A DNA stretch of 64,000 bases from Selaginella moellendorffii (GCF_000143415.4 NW_003314266.1:3666398-3730397); one strand, 5' to 3'; counted from the stretch's first letter, positions 1 through 10,810 are shown. The notes: generated from the letters alone by a model not told the origin. Numbers and translations: made by a program.

Positions 1-620
1 ACGATTTGAGGTTGTAGAACTTGAGGTAGAACCGCAGGAGGAACTGCTACAACTTGCGGTGCTGCCATAGGCATGGCTGGACTTTGCTGTGCTACTAGAG
101 GTGGCGCCGCCTTGTCGACCAAAACCACAGGTTTTTTGTGCTGCTCCTCCAAAACCACGTTGGCCTTCCTATAAACTCCATTCACAGCCTCGACGAACTT
201 GTGCTCCGGATCGCCAGCATTCTCGTGACCCGGTGGCTGCTTCGCGGACACCGGAAAGAGAAAGAGCCTCAGCCTCGACGATGAATCCTTGGATTCCATC
301 CTGTCATACTCCTCCATCATGTTCTCCAGGTCCTCCTCCGAGATCACCGAGACCAGCGCGTCCAAATCTTCGTTTGGCAGCTGGTACTTGAGGATAAAAC
401 TCTCGTATGGACAGATCTTTCGGAGCTTCGTCATGAGATCGATCACTGAGACGCCCCTGTGCACCGAGAGAATTCTCGTCTCACCACCCACGTAGCGGAG
501 CTGGGAGTCGTGCGGGCGAGGCATGATTCGACCACCATAGCTGCACAGGAATTTGGCGCGTCCCGTGAGCGAATCCTCCGACTTGACGGATCCCTGGTCC
601 TCTGCAAAGGCCGCACACAT
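1..620 (-). CDS. PB1 (octicosapeptide/Phox/Bem1p) domain protein, 5' part; runs off the left edge
   Basis: Manual translation from ATG at 620: MCAAFAED...KFLCSYGGRIMPRPHDSQLRYVGGETRILSV...LKYQLPNEDLDALVSVISEEDLENMMEEYD...RLRLFLFP, the plant PB1 signature. It is absent from the ORF track because no stop lies inside the window. Confidence 0.92.
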   Translation of the reverse strand, partial: MCAAFAEDQGSVKSEDSLTGRAKFLCSYGGRIMPRPHDSQLRYVGGETRILSVHRGVSVIDLMTKLRKICPYESFILKYQLPNEDLDALVSVISEEDLENMMEEYDRMESKDSSSRLRLFLFPVSAKQPPGHENAGDPEHKFVEAVNGVYRKANVVLEEQHKKPVVLVDKAAPPLVAQQSPAMPMAAPQVVAVPPAVLPQVLQPQI

Positions 621-1040
621 GATTGAAAGCTCCTGGAGGGACAAAGGAAAAAGCTCGCTTTCAACACTGTACACTTTAAACAGAAAAAAAATTCCCAACT
701 TACTCAAAGCCTTTCGAATCTTTGCCTTTCCGTTGCCTCCATCGCTAGATCGCGCCGCCAAGCTCACAAAAGCCCCATTCCCGCGCAGGCAAGGATCAAT
801 CTAGGTCAAAAATGCACCTGAGAGAATCTAAGCGCCGATGCGCCGGAGCAGTGCCGCCGATCCAAATCACATAGCCAAAACGCTCCCCGTGAGCGCCAAG
901 AAATCAGGGCTCTCCAAAACCGCCATAGCTTGACCTCCAAAACGTGCCAATGACATGCCCACGTTTACCCTACTTTTCTGACGCGTTTACCTCTCTATGT
1001 CTAGCCACCTATAGCCGGTTAGCCCGCCACTATTCAAACT

Positions 1041-1309
1041 ACCGGTCACGATCTCCTCGAACCTGGACGCTCCAGATCTCTTTCCTGTCAGGGGATATGG
1101 CGCTGCCCAATGGGAAACCAACGCGTGTTCTCCAATGGACCAACGACATTGACCATATTGACCGAGCGTTGACAAACAAGCTGACCTAAAGATATTCTAA
1201 GACGAATATTACCGCGCCACGCCATTTACAAATCCACCGGTCACGATCTCCCCGCACCTGGACGCTTCAGATCTCTTCCTTGTCGATATGGCGCTAGCCA
1301 ATGGGAGGC
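1041..1309. repeat. Imperfect ~75-bp direct repeat (about 1041-1118 and 1236-1309) in the divergent PB1/PsaG promoter
   Basis: accggtcacgatctcc..acctggacgct.cagatctc....gatatggcgct..ccaatggga occurs twice; each copy ends in a CCAAT box. Confidence 0.8.
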
Positions 1310-1515
1310 CACCATTTTGGATTGCACCACCCACACCACTGGGTTGCTAAGCTGACTATCTCGCTTAGCTTAGCAGCTTAATCTAATCCCAGTAGGACTA
1401 CTTTCCCTTGTCACTGTAGCTAGAGTTCCAGAGCTCTTCCTCATCCTCTCTTCCAAAACTCCAGATTTTTGTTCTTCGCGAGAGCTTGGAGATTTTCTCC
1501 AGAGGAAGAGGATCC

Positions 1516-2013
1516 ATGGCTTCTACTTGCGCAGCAGCGTCTTCTTCCTGCATCGTCGCGGGGCTTCCCAGCATCAAGAGCTCGAGCAGCAAGAGATCTG
1601 TGGTCGGTTTCTCTGGATTCCGAGTCGCCAACAAGCTCGACGGCCTCTCAGCAGCAGCTCGGTGCTCCAGTTTCGAGAGCAAGACGGGCTTCGCGAGATC
1701 TATGGCTCGGACCACCTGCCTGGAGGCGCCGATCATCATCAGCCTGTGCACTGCTGCGTCGCTCGCCATGGGACGGTTTGTGTTCCTTCCTTTCCAGAGA
1801 GAGCAGATTGCCAAGGCCGGGTTGCCGCTCCAAAACGGTGTAAGTCACTACGAGGCCGGAGACACCCGGGCTCAGGAGTTTGTGAGCTTGCTCAAGACGA
1901 ACGATCCCGCTGGCTTTAACATCGTCGATGTGCTCTCCTGGGGATCCATTGGTCATATTATTGCCTACTGGATCCTGGCAACTTCAAGCAATGGTTATGA
2001 TCCTCAATTCTAG
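1516..2013 (+). CDS. PSAG: Photosystem I subunit V (PsaG), chloroplast precursor
   Basis: Ser/Ala-rich transit peptide, then GRFVFLPFQR...LPLQNGVSHYEAGDTRAQEFVSLLKTNDPAGFNIVDVLSWGSIGHIIAY...SNGYDPQF. Intronless. Confidence 0.97.
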   Translation: MASTCAAASSSCIVAGLPSIKSSSSKRSVVGFSGFRVANKLDGLSAAARCSSFESKTGFARSMARTTCLEAPIIISLCTAASLAMGRFVFLPFQREQIAKAGLPLQNGVSHYEAGDTRAQEFVSLLKTNDPAGFNIVDVLSWGSIGHIIAYWILATSSNGYDPQF

Positions 2014-2238
2014 AGAGAACTGAAGTATATAAACTCACCGAACTTCAATGGAAAATCGAGGAGTGTTTCTTGTGTATACAGCTCCTGGAAATCCCTTCTC
2101 CCGAGTTCTTGTTTCATACAGTTCTTCAGGAGCTGCAAGAACGAAAGAAAAAAAAAACATATTTTTACCACGTAATGTAAATATGATCGTGCAATATCCT
2201 GGAAATGCGTACCTCTAATTGATTTTTACTCGGTAAAT

Positions 2239-3599
2239 CTACACAGGGGGTGCCGGGAAGTCGTATAAAATCCACAGGCCCGAGCAAGAGTTGGACTCCA
2301 GGGAAGGCTGGATTGCAAGAAAATGCAATCCTCCCGCAGCTTTTTTTGCAGACTCCCATAAGTCGGCTTCCTCGTCGGCCTGCTTGCTTTTCTTGTAGTA
2401 CGAGTAGAACCATTGCCGAGAAGCTCCAGATGACAGGACCAAGGCCGAGTTTTTCTTGTCCACGGAGAGAGACGCAAGCTCCAAGGAATTCGTCCAGGCT
2501 GTGGGAAAGAAGTCATTTTTATTCTTGGGAAGTTTGTATAGAGCACTTACCAGCTAGAGCTAGATCTCTCGAGGATGCAACAGCAACGCCTGGTATTAGA
2601 GTGTCAGGAGAAGGAAGCTCCGTAAGCATGTCAAGCGAGACCTCTCCAAAGTTGGAGCCTTTCTCCACCAGTTTAATTTCTTCTTGAAGCGCTGCAAGCA
2701 AATGACATAGCTCAGCTCTAGTTACGAACAAAGACACCAGAACTTCACCTTGGAATGAAAGCTGAACAAACGCCCACTTCTCGCCTCGATAGTTTGGAGG
2801 GACTTCTTTAGGAACGCTTACACCCATTGACAGTATACTTGGAGCATTCTCCTGAAATCCTGGATGTTGGCGGTAGACTTGATCGTAGCGCTCTTGCAGC
2901 CATCTTACAAGAGCTGTGCACTGCAAAGTAATGCATGAAGATACACACCTAGCTAAAAACCTTTACATACCCTCTGGCTCGAAGTCACTTGGATGCCGAG
3001 CTCTCCACAAGCCTTTGAGATTATAGTTTTCACTTGAGATCTGCATGAATTACATAAAAAAGCCGCGCAAGAAAATAGAAATGAAGTACATACCTGAAGT
3101 AGCGAACTCTCGTAGGCCGTGGTAAATCAAAGGTCTCTATAACTTCCGCTATGGCATTCTTTAACGTTGTGCTGTTGATAACATTACTGGGATAGAACCT
3201 TGCGAATTCCAGCTGCCTCTTTGCGTCACAAATAATCAATTCCCACATCCTCTTCCCCCGATCATCGAAGATAGGCCGTGAGCAAAAGTCGAGCTGCCAC
3301 TCCACAATGGAGGCCAAATCTGCACCTTCCAGAACTCGTCCATCTACCTGAGCACCTTCGCCTTCTTCGTTTTCTTTCTCTTCATTTCCCTTTTCTTCAT
3401 CTAAAGAAGAAATGCTGCTAGCCAAATCTTCACTAACTACACTGCTCGAGCCTTCCACGGCGCATTTCCAAACAGTCCGAGAGTTCTTTGGCCTGCCTAG
3501 TCCTGTATGTAACTGCGCACCTTTACACGGGTGGGGCGTTCTCCAGGAAACTCTACTAGTGGTGATGAATCCACAAGGCACGAAGAGCGCCATAGCCAT
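2239..3599 (-). CDS. TAB2: TAB2/ATAB2 chloroplast RNA-binding protein (multi-exon)
   Basis: WQLDFCSRPIFDDRGKRMWELIICD...NVINS; GEKWAFVQL; C-terminal WESAKKAAGGLHFLAIQ. Short GT-AG introns. Confidence 0.93.
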
Positions 3600-3724
3600 T
3601 TACCTACGGAAGAATCAGTTGTTCCTCCTAATATTCAGATTAGAGAAAATGGAGAGAACAAAACTCAGGAAACAGATGTCATCAGACCTTAGAAGATTTT
3701 CGTGTTTATTTAAGGAGGAAGAAG

Positions 3725-5225
3725 TTAACAGGTTGGCATGACAACTTCTAGCCTTCGTTTGTTTTTGTCGAACTGTGCTCTCGCATTCTTGAAATCCACA
3801 GGGTGTGCCGTTTGTACCTGCGTGCCAAACTCTCATCTTATCCAAAGCCAACATGAACACGAAAAGCTTACCTTGAGCTTATACTTTTCAGGGACGTACA
3901 AAGAGACATCGGATTTCATCACGTCCAGCTCCACCTCGCTCGAAGTTTGCTGGAGACCAAGGATACATCGTAAAGTTTATCAATGCTAAATAAGGAGATG
4001 CTTACCACTTCTGGCAAGTCAACTCGCAACACAATCATCTTCGGTTTTTGATTGCCATTTGGTAGAACAGCCTTATCTGTCCTGAAAAAAGCACATTTTT
4101 TTTTTCTCTGAAAGCATTGTAAGTACCTTCGGATTAGCAGCCAGGAGTTACAAACATACCAGAATTTCCCAAGGTCCAAATCATCTCGGTAGATGAATTC
4201 GAAAGAAGGCTTCACTTCTTTGGAGGCAAGTTCCTTCACGTCTGGCACTGAATCACTTGAAGAAGCACTTGAAGGTTTCTCTCCTGCTCTTGACTTGGAA
4301 GAAACCTCCTTTTCTGTGTTTGCTTGCTCACTTGCCGATGCCTTGCGAACTGTTTGCATCTTAGGATTTCCAGATTGTCCTTTGTACTTTAGCTTGGGCA
4401 GGATAAATTCTGGAAATGGAGGTTAGAATAAAGAAAGAATATAGAAGCAGTTATCTGGTCTACCTTCACTAAGCTCTACGCCTCGTTGTTTTTGAACGTT
4501 CTCAATTGCTGTCTCTGATAGAAACCGCTTAAACCGATTGTTTTTCATGGCACGCTCATGAGCTTCTTCGTTCACCACAAAATCATAAACCTCACACTCC
4601 CCGCCAGCTGAGAGAACCATACGTTTCAACAACGAAGGAGAAAAGAAAAAATACCAAGCAAACCTTTATCCACGTCGTTTCGTGCAGGGCCCAAGCTGTA
4701 AGGGATCGACCACTGTTCGCCTTTTCCAGAATGAGTGAAAGAAGTCGGTTTGTCAATGTTGGTTGTATGGCATATGTTGATAAAAACCTGAGAAAGAAAA
4801 CTATAGCGACCAACAAAAGAAAGGAAAAGAAGAAATGCAACCTTCTTATTGTTCTTCTTGTTCTTCGTTTTGAGACAATATCCAGCAACCGGTATGATCA
4901 AGTCCTTTCCTTCCATTGAAAAACTGCTGCGCTCTTCGGCCATTTTGAGGTATGCCTCAGCTTCCTGGCAAACACAACCCTTTTCTCTAAGCTGCGAGCA
5001 AAAGAAAATCCATATCTACTTACTTCCTTGCTGCCAGGCTGCGAGATCTCCTTCGCATACTCGCTCAAGAGCTCCATAAACTTGGGATCTTTCATACATG
5101 TCTTCAGCCTCGAGAATTCCTGTAGAGAAATCAAAGCCACAGTGATTCCAGCCCAGCGCCTTGCTCGATCGGCGAAGACTAACATCGGAGCTGAGATTCA
5201 TCTCGCGCAGCACTTGCTCCGCCAT
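3725..5225 (-). CDS. DNAAF2: Kintoun/PF13 (PIH1 + CS domain) dynein axonemal assembly factor 2, multi-exon
   Basis: Spliced reading: EFSRLKTCMKDPKFMELLSEYAKEISQP (kintoun N-terminus); IPVAGYCLKT..KVFINIC..WSIPYSLG..D..VYDFVVN (PIH1); C-terminal AQFDKNKRRLEVVMP (CS domain). Confidence 0.85.
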
Positions 5226-5319
5226 GCCGACGAGCCCTAAATCCCAGTTAGGGCAGACAAAAGATCTCAGCCGTCGACATTGGCGCGAAAGATTTAAACA
5301 TTTAAAAAAACAAAAAGAT

Positions 5320-5820
5320 TTAATATGGATAATCCGAGACGCCAAGCATGGCACTGAGCGTGAGATAGACGAGATAGAGCCCGCCCACGATCACAATCAC
5401 TGCTAGAACTCCAGTCACTGGATTGCTGAGAAGATCAAAGATGGGCTTGAAGATCGAATAGAGCCCTCCAGTCGCCACCGTCAAGAAATAGATCCCATAT
5501 CTCCTCATGTTATCCCAGAATTCCTCCAGCAATGGCCCCTCCGGCCCCATCGCCAAATCCCCCAAATTTCTCCCATCTGTGGAGCCGTGAAGATCGATCG
5601 CTGCGTGCGCGGCGTCTGGATGCGTGTGGGAAAGAACACCATAGCCAATTCCAAGCGCTGCTGCTAGATACAGCGCTGTGGGCTTGAAGATCTCTTTTTG
5701 CACTGGAATTTCTGGCCGTGAGCTTGATTTTATAGAGCCCAATGGACGCGATTTGATTCTCTTCGCTCGCAACGCGGGAATTTGAGCGCAAAATGGAGAT
5801 ATTGATAGAGAAAACGCCAT
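5320..5820 (-). CDS. Ycf33/DUF751-like chloroplast membrane protein
   Basis: Transit peptide, then MGPEGPLLEEFWDNMRRYGIYFLTVATGG...LLSNP...YLTLSAMLG with two hydrophobic segments. Confidence 0.85.
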   Translation of the reverse strand: MAFSLSISPFCAQIPALRAKRIKSRPLGSIKSSSRPEIPVQKEIFKPTALYLAAALGIGYGVLSHTHPDAAHAAIDLHGSTDGRNLGDLAMGPEGPLLEEFWDNMRRYGIYFLTVATGGLYSIFKPIFDLLSNPVTGVLAVIVIVGGLYLVYLTLSAMLGVSDYPY

Positions 5821-5870
5821 AGTGGCCACTAAGAACCCTAAAATGCGTATGAAGAGCTCTGCTTTAGGGT

Positions 5871-6263
5871 TTATGAGAAGTAGCCATAGCCATCGTCGTC
5901 TTCCGTGAGCACGCTCAGATTGAGTACCTGCTTCTGGCCGATCCACATCGCATGCGCCGTGTGATCTCGCAGAGGGTTTCCGGTGTTAGGATGGATCAAC
6001 ACCGAGAAATTCCGCCGGTTGAGAGGGATCCAGGTCACAAACTCAACGAAATCTTCGTGCTTCATGAGATTTACCTCGAAATTCCCAATTCCATGAGGGC
6101 CAATTGGCTTGTCCCACACCTTGATCTTGAATTGGGGGAATTTGCCGCGTATCTCGTCCTGGAGCTCCCTGGCCTGGCGCAGCTGGGCCTGATCGGTCTG
6201 GAAGAAATAGACGTGGACGTCGTAGGATCGAACATCGAAAGGGAAATTCGGTGTCTTTGCCAT
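5871..6263 (-). CDS. DOPA 4,5-dioxygenase family protein (fungal/bacterial DodA type, not the LigB type)
   Basis: 130-aa intronless ORF with YDVHVYF, PIGPH, FEV, SVLIHPNTG..DH..AMWIG motifs typical of the DOPA_dioxygen family. Confidence 0.88.
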   Translation of the reverse strand: MAKTPNFPFDVRSYDVHVYFFQTDQAQLRQARELQDEIRGKFPQFKIKVWDKPIGPHGIGNFEVNLMKHEDFVEFVTWIPLNRRNFSVLIHPNTGNPLRDHTAHAMWIGQKQVLNLSVLTEDDDGYGYFS

Positions 6264-6306
6264 GATCATCAAACCCTAGCGAAGAACAGGGCGCTCCTTT
6301 GCTCTT

Positions 6307-7406
6307 ATGGCTCTTGTCCACGCCTTGAATTCGCGGTTCCTGGCGCCCAATCGAAGAATCGAGCGCCACCCATTTGCATTCGCGCCTAGAATCCTTGGAA
6401 ATTCGCCTCGCCGGGTATTAGCCCTCTGCGATCGATGCCTAGCTCACCACTGTGGTTTTTCTTTGGGCAGGCGAACAAGGATCGCGTCGCATGCCCTCGA
6501 TCTTCCGCGGAGGAGACGAAGCCCAAGACAGTGTTCGTCGCCGGCGCCAATGGCAAAACCGGGAAGCGCATCGTGAGCAAGCTGCTAGCGGATGGATTCA
6601 AGGTCCGCGCCGGTGTTCTGGATGTTGCCAAGGCTCGATCCAATCTACCCAGCAGCCCCAACATCGAAATTGTGTGAGATCTTCATCCATTTCCTCCATT
6701 TCTCCGCCATAGCCAAAGCTCGCCTCGTTTGTTCTTCCTTGTCTCAGATCCCGGCTGACGTGACCCAAGGGACAAATCCACTGGCAACTTCTATTGGAGA
6801 CGCGGATGCGGTGATTTGCGCTACTGGATTTCGCTACTCTCTCGATGTCCTGGCTCCCTGGAAGGTAGATTCTTTCAGGATCTCGACTGGATCGATCATA
6901 CATTCTTTCTCCTCAGGTGGACTATCGAGGAACCCTAAACCTCGTGGAAGCGTGCCGCAAGAATGGGATCAAGAGATTCGTGCTCATAAGCTCCATTCTC
7001 GTGAATGGCGCCGCGTGGGGGCAGGCGCTCAATCCGGCCTATCTGGTGCTCAATGCGTTTGGTCTCACGCTCATCGCCAAGCTCCAGGCCGAGAACTATG
7101 TGAGAAGCTCTGGGATCAATTACACGATCATCCGGCCTGGGGGCCTCTCGGAGGAGAAATCGGATGGAAACAAGAAGATCGTCATGGCAAAGCAGGCAAG
7201 GCATTGTTCTCCTTTGATTCTTTGAGAAATTGACGATTTGATCGCAGGATACGCTCTCGTCCGGATCGATTTCGCGAGATCTTGTCGCTGACGTTGCCGT
7301 GGAGTCGATCGATTGCGACGATGCGAGCTTCAAAGTAGTGGAAATCGTCGCGGAGCCTGGCGCCCAAAACCAGAGCATCGCAGAGCTCTTTGCCCTAATT
7401 TCATAA
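6307..7406 (+). CDS. Plastid NAD(P)-binding Rossmann-fold (atypical SDR) protein, multi-exon
   Basis: VFVAGANGKTGKRIV; DAVICATG; VDYRGTLNLVEAC; LISSILVNG; YTIIRPGGL; GSISRDLVA. One intron has a GC donor at 7196. Confidence 0.9.
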
Positions 7407-7475
7407 TCCTGGTGGGCCGAGTGACGCCGAAGAAATCTAGGGCGCGGCATTTTGATATTGTCTCTATCCCCAGCG

Positions 7476-8897
7476 ATGAGCGCCGATCTAGTGTCCAAGC
7501 TGCGCGCGGCGCTTCTCCATCACCAGGTTCGTCTCGATCCAGTGCCGCAGCGCCAGCACGTCGAGGATCCCAACGATCCCACGCTCGCTTACATTTCCCG
7601 GATGCTTCTGGACGAGGAGGAGGAGCCGCCGCCGCAGATGATCCAGCTCCAGGATCCCTACAAGAATCTCATCGCGGAGCTCGCCGTTCTGGTGTCTTCG
7701 CCCGGCGGCAGTGGGAATCTCATCCATCCAGACGATTCTGGAAATATTTCGGTGCCAGACGTCCACGAATCCAGGACGGGGTTCCTGAAATCGATGCTCC
7801 TGGAAGCGGCTCGAGCGGTGGCGGGGAATCGTGGCTCCGAGGTCTACAGGATCATCAGCGAGGTGAGGAGCCTGGCATCGCCAGAGGGCAGCAGTGAAGA
7901 ACGCACGGCCTTGTTCTTCGCGGATGCCCTGATTGCGCGCTTCACAGGGTTTGGGTCTCAGGTCTACAGCGCCATGGTGAAAGGGATTCGCTAGAGGCAC
8001 TCGGTCCACGTCCGGATGCTCAATCTCCCATCCTTCAGGGTCACCCAGCGATTTGCCAACGGCACCATTCTAGACTTTTGCCAAGGAGCTACGAGAATTC
8101 ACATCATCGACTATGGGATCCACTATGGCTGCCAGTGGCCCCAGCTCATCCAGAGGCTCTCGCAGCGGCCAGAGGGACCGCCGGTGATGAAGATCACAGG
8201 GATCGACTTTCCTCGCGTGGACGTCAAGGAGACAGAGAGAAACCTCGTGGAGTATGCCAAGAGCTGTGGAATCTTGCTCGAGTTTGAGGTGATCACGAGC
8301 ACGTCCTGGGAATTGGTCCAGCCCAAGACTCACGTGAATGACTTGCTCATCGTCAACTGCAACCTCCGTATCCGGCATTTGCGAGAAGATGGCAGCGTCG
8401 GCGACAATCCGCGGAAGCTCTTCTTCGAGAAGGTCTACAGCCTCAAGCCGAACCTGTTCATACAGTGCGTGTGGGATGCCGGCTCCAACTTGAGCTCCCC
8501 TTTCTTCATCCAACGTTTCGAGGGGGCTCTCGAGAGTTTCTTCACGAAGATGGACCTGTTTCAGACTCTGCTGCAAGAGGACATGCCGGAGGAGTATGAT
8601 TTCATAGGGAACATCATGGCAAAGACGATCATGAACATGGTGGCTATGGAGGGCGTTGAAAGGCTGGAGCGGCCAAATTCTTACAGGAGCTGGGATTCGA
8701 GGGCTAGAAGAGCTGGATTTGAGCAGGAACCAGTTAGGCCGAAAGCGGTGGAGCTGGTTAAGGCAGCGTGGTGCAGCAGTAAGCCCAATTGCAACTTCAA
8801 GATGGGGATGGATGGAAACTGGTTGCTACTCGGATGGAAAGAGAGGGTCCTCTATGCGATGAGCACCTGGAGGCCGCAGAACAAGCAAGCGGGCTAA
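7476..8897 (+). pseudogene. LISCL-like GRAS transcription factor (type A) with one premature stop
   Basis: In-frame TAG at 7992-7994 where paralogue 22663-24084 has GAG (KGIR-E-RHSVH). IHIID, PFF..RF and STW motifs are intact downstream. Confidence 0.88.
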
Positions 8898-10079
8898 ACT
8901 GCGGTAAGTTTCTCATTTGTTCCTTCTTTAAGTTCTTTCTATTCTAGTGTATCTTAACGCTGACTAGAGCAGCATCAGGGATTCTCTGATGAAGAGTGAT
9001 CTAAAATCCCTGGAAGAGTGGAGCTCGGCTCGGTGGAAGAAGACCGAGTCCAGTCCAGATTCTCTTGAAATGCAAACGGGAATATGTAAAAATGATTGGT
9101 CAGGTTAGTAAATCGTAGTGTCAAACGCCTTTGAGGGAAAGGTACTGCTTGATAGTGAACCCTGTCCAAAGAGTATTCACTTTTTTCTAGTGCCATACGA
9201 AGAGAAACGCAGTCAGACAGTGAAGTATGAAAGTGAAAAATAGTTCTAAGAAATAATTGCATTTGGCTCACTCATTCCTTGAGTAAATCTTCTATCTGTC
9301 ATTATCAAACCAGAAGGTAGTTCACGGGGCGGCACCCCATACATAATTAGATTCATGGCCTTATCAGTAGAGCAGGAGTGTCTATCCAAGAATGGAAGGA
9401 GGTTTCTCAATTTGCCTTTACAAGTGTCAGGATCAAGTGAGATTTACCATAGTCACAGAACAGGCAGTTTGAGTAAGTAATGTTCTTTTTCTTGAGCAAT
9501 AGGTTTAGTGAAGTGTTATCTGGTGTTAATGATAGTTCTTGATTCTTCATCAGGAGAGGGATCTAGAACATGATTTTATTTATAAGTTCTTTAATTTTAA
9601 ATGTTGTTGAAGATGTTGTTTGTCCATCATATGCACTTCCTCCTAGAATTGTAAAATCTATAATAATAAGAACGAAGAACCCACACCCCGGCAGCCGTCC
9701 GATCCCAGGCCCGGGGCAGCCTCGAAAGCCATGGTTCTCGGCAAGGGGAGGCCAGCCCAGGCTCGGGCCAGGGCCGGTGGCCATGGTTGGCGGGAATATC
9801 GGCTCAATGTTGTGGCAGCCAATGGGTGGGATGCATGCGTGGCCAGGAAGGGAAGAGGGCGTGGTGACAAGTGTTATGCCATGCACTCCTAAGGCTCCAT
9901 GGCTGCTGTGGTCGGACACGGTTGTGTGGGCATTCCCGTGAGAGCCTGTGCGTGGTAAGTAACAGGGGCGAGAGTAATGGTAGGATCAACGAGGCCTAGG
10001 CAAAGCAGGAGATGCTGGCTTACCAGGCCCCGTGCCAAGCCGAGCTCATGAGGTCGGAGAAGACGCCCCACCGGACACA

Positions 10080-10810
10080 ACCTGGCACTGCTCCCAATCA
10101 CCAAGAAGTCGAAATATTTCATCGAGCTTCCATCCAGACGTGTTCTTGAATGGCGGCCATTCTGGTGTGAGGAAATCCTCCCATTTGCGGCAGCGTTTGG
10201 TATGATCCCTGTTGGAGACCTGCGTCTTTACCAGTGGATTCATAGAACGCTACTCTTTGAAGGTATGGCATGGAGTCCCTCTTTTGCATTAGAGCGAATG
10301 TTGTGAAGGGGAGCTGACACCTCTCTGTGGGATTTGCAGGCGAGAGAAGATGTACCTCGGTGCTTTTCACTTGAAAGTCGTCCATTTTCATCTTCACCCC
10401 ATCGAAGATCCAAGCCCAAACTCGCAGTGACAAGCAAAGCAGCACAGGGACTCCTAGAGGCTTGGGGATATTATATTCTAAACAGCACGCACGGATTGAT
10501 TGGAGTCAAGTCATGTCACACAAGCAGACGAGATGATGGACTCTGGATATTAACACGTAAGGTGGTACACAGGATTAATTGGTTTTGACTTTCTCACTGA
10601 ACTTTGCCATTGTTTCAGGAGGAAGGAACACCGTGACTTCAATGGCTTTCCCACCTCTCGGTGACGGTCGTAGAAGCAGAAGCCGTTCCACAGCTTCGTA
10701 GCGTGTCGAACAGCGGCTGGTTTCCCCCATCCAAAGTCCAGACTATACATTGGAAATCTTGGAGAGCTGCCAGAGATTGGTAAACACAACATTGGAGTTA
10801 TTTTGTTGTT
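10080..10810 (-). pseudogene. Two BAHD acyltransferase fragments in tandem
   Basis: About 10810-10600: ISGSSPRFPMYSLDFGWGKPAAVR (DFGWG motif). About 10390-10240: MDDFQVKSTEVHLLSPANPT...VAFYE (BAHD-like N-terminus), internally deleted. Confidence 0.75.

Noticed and set aside
89-804. Plus-strand ORFs at the window start
   Set aside because: They lie antisense to the real PB1 gene.
5320-5946. Extended 208-aa Ycf33 ORF overlapping the dioxygenase
   Set aside because: It starts at a non-ATG codon; ATG 5820 gives a normal transit peptide.
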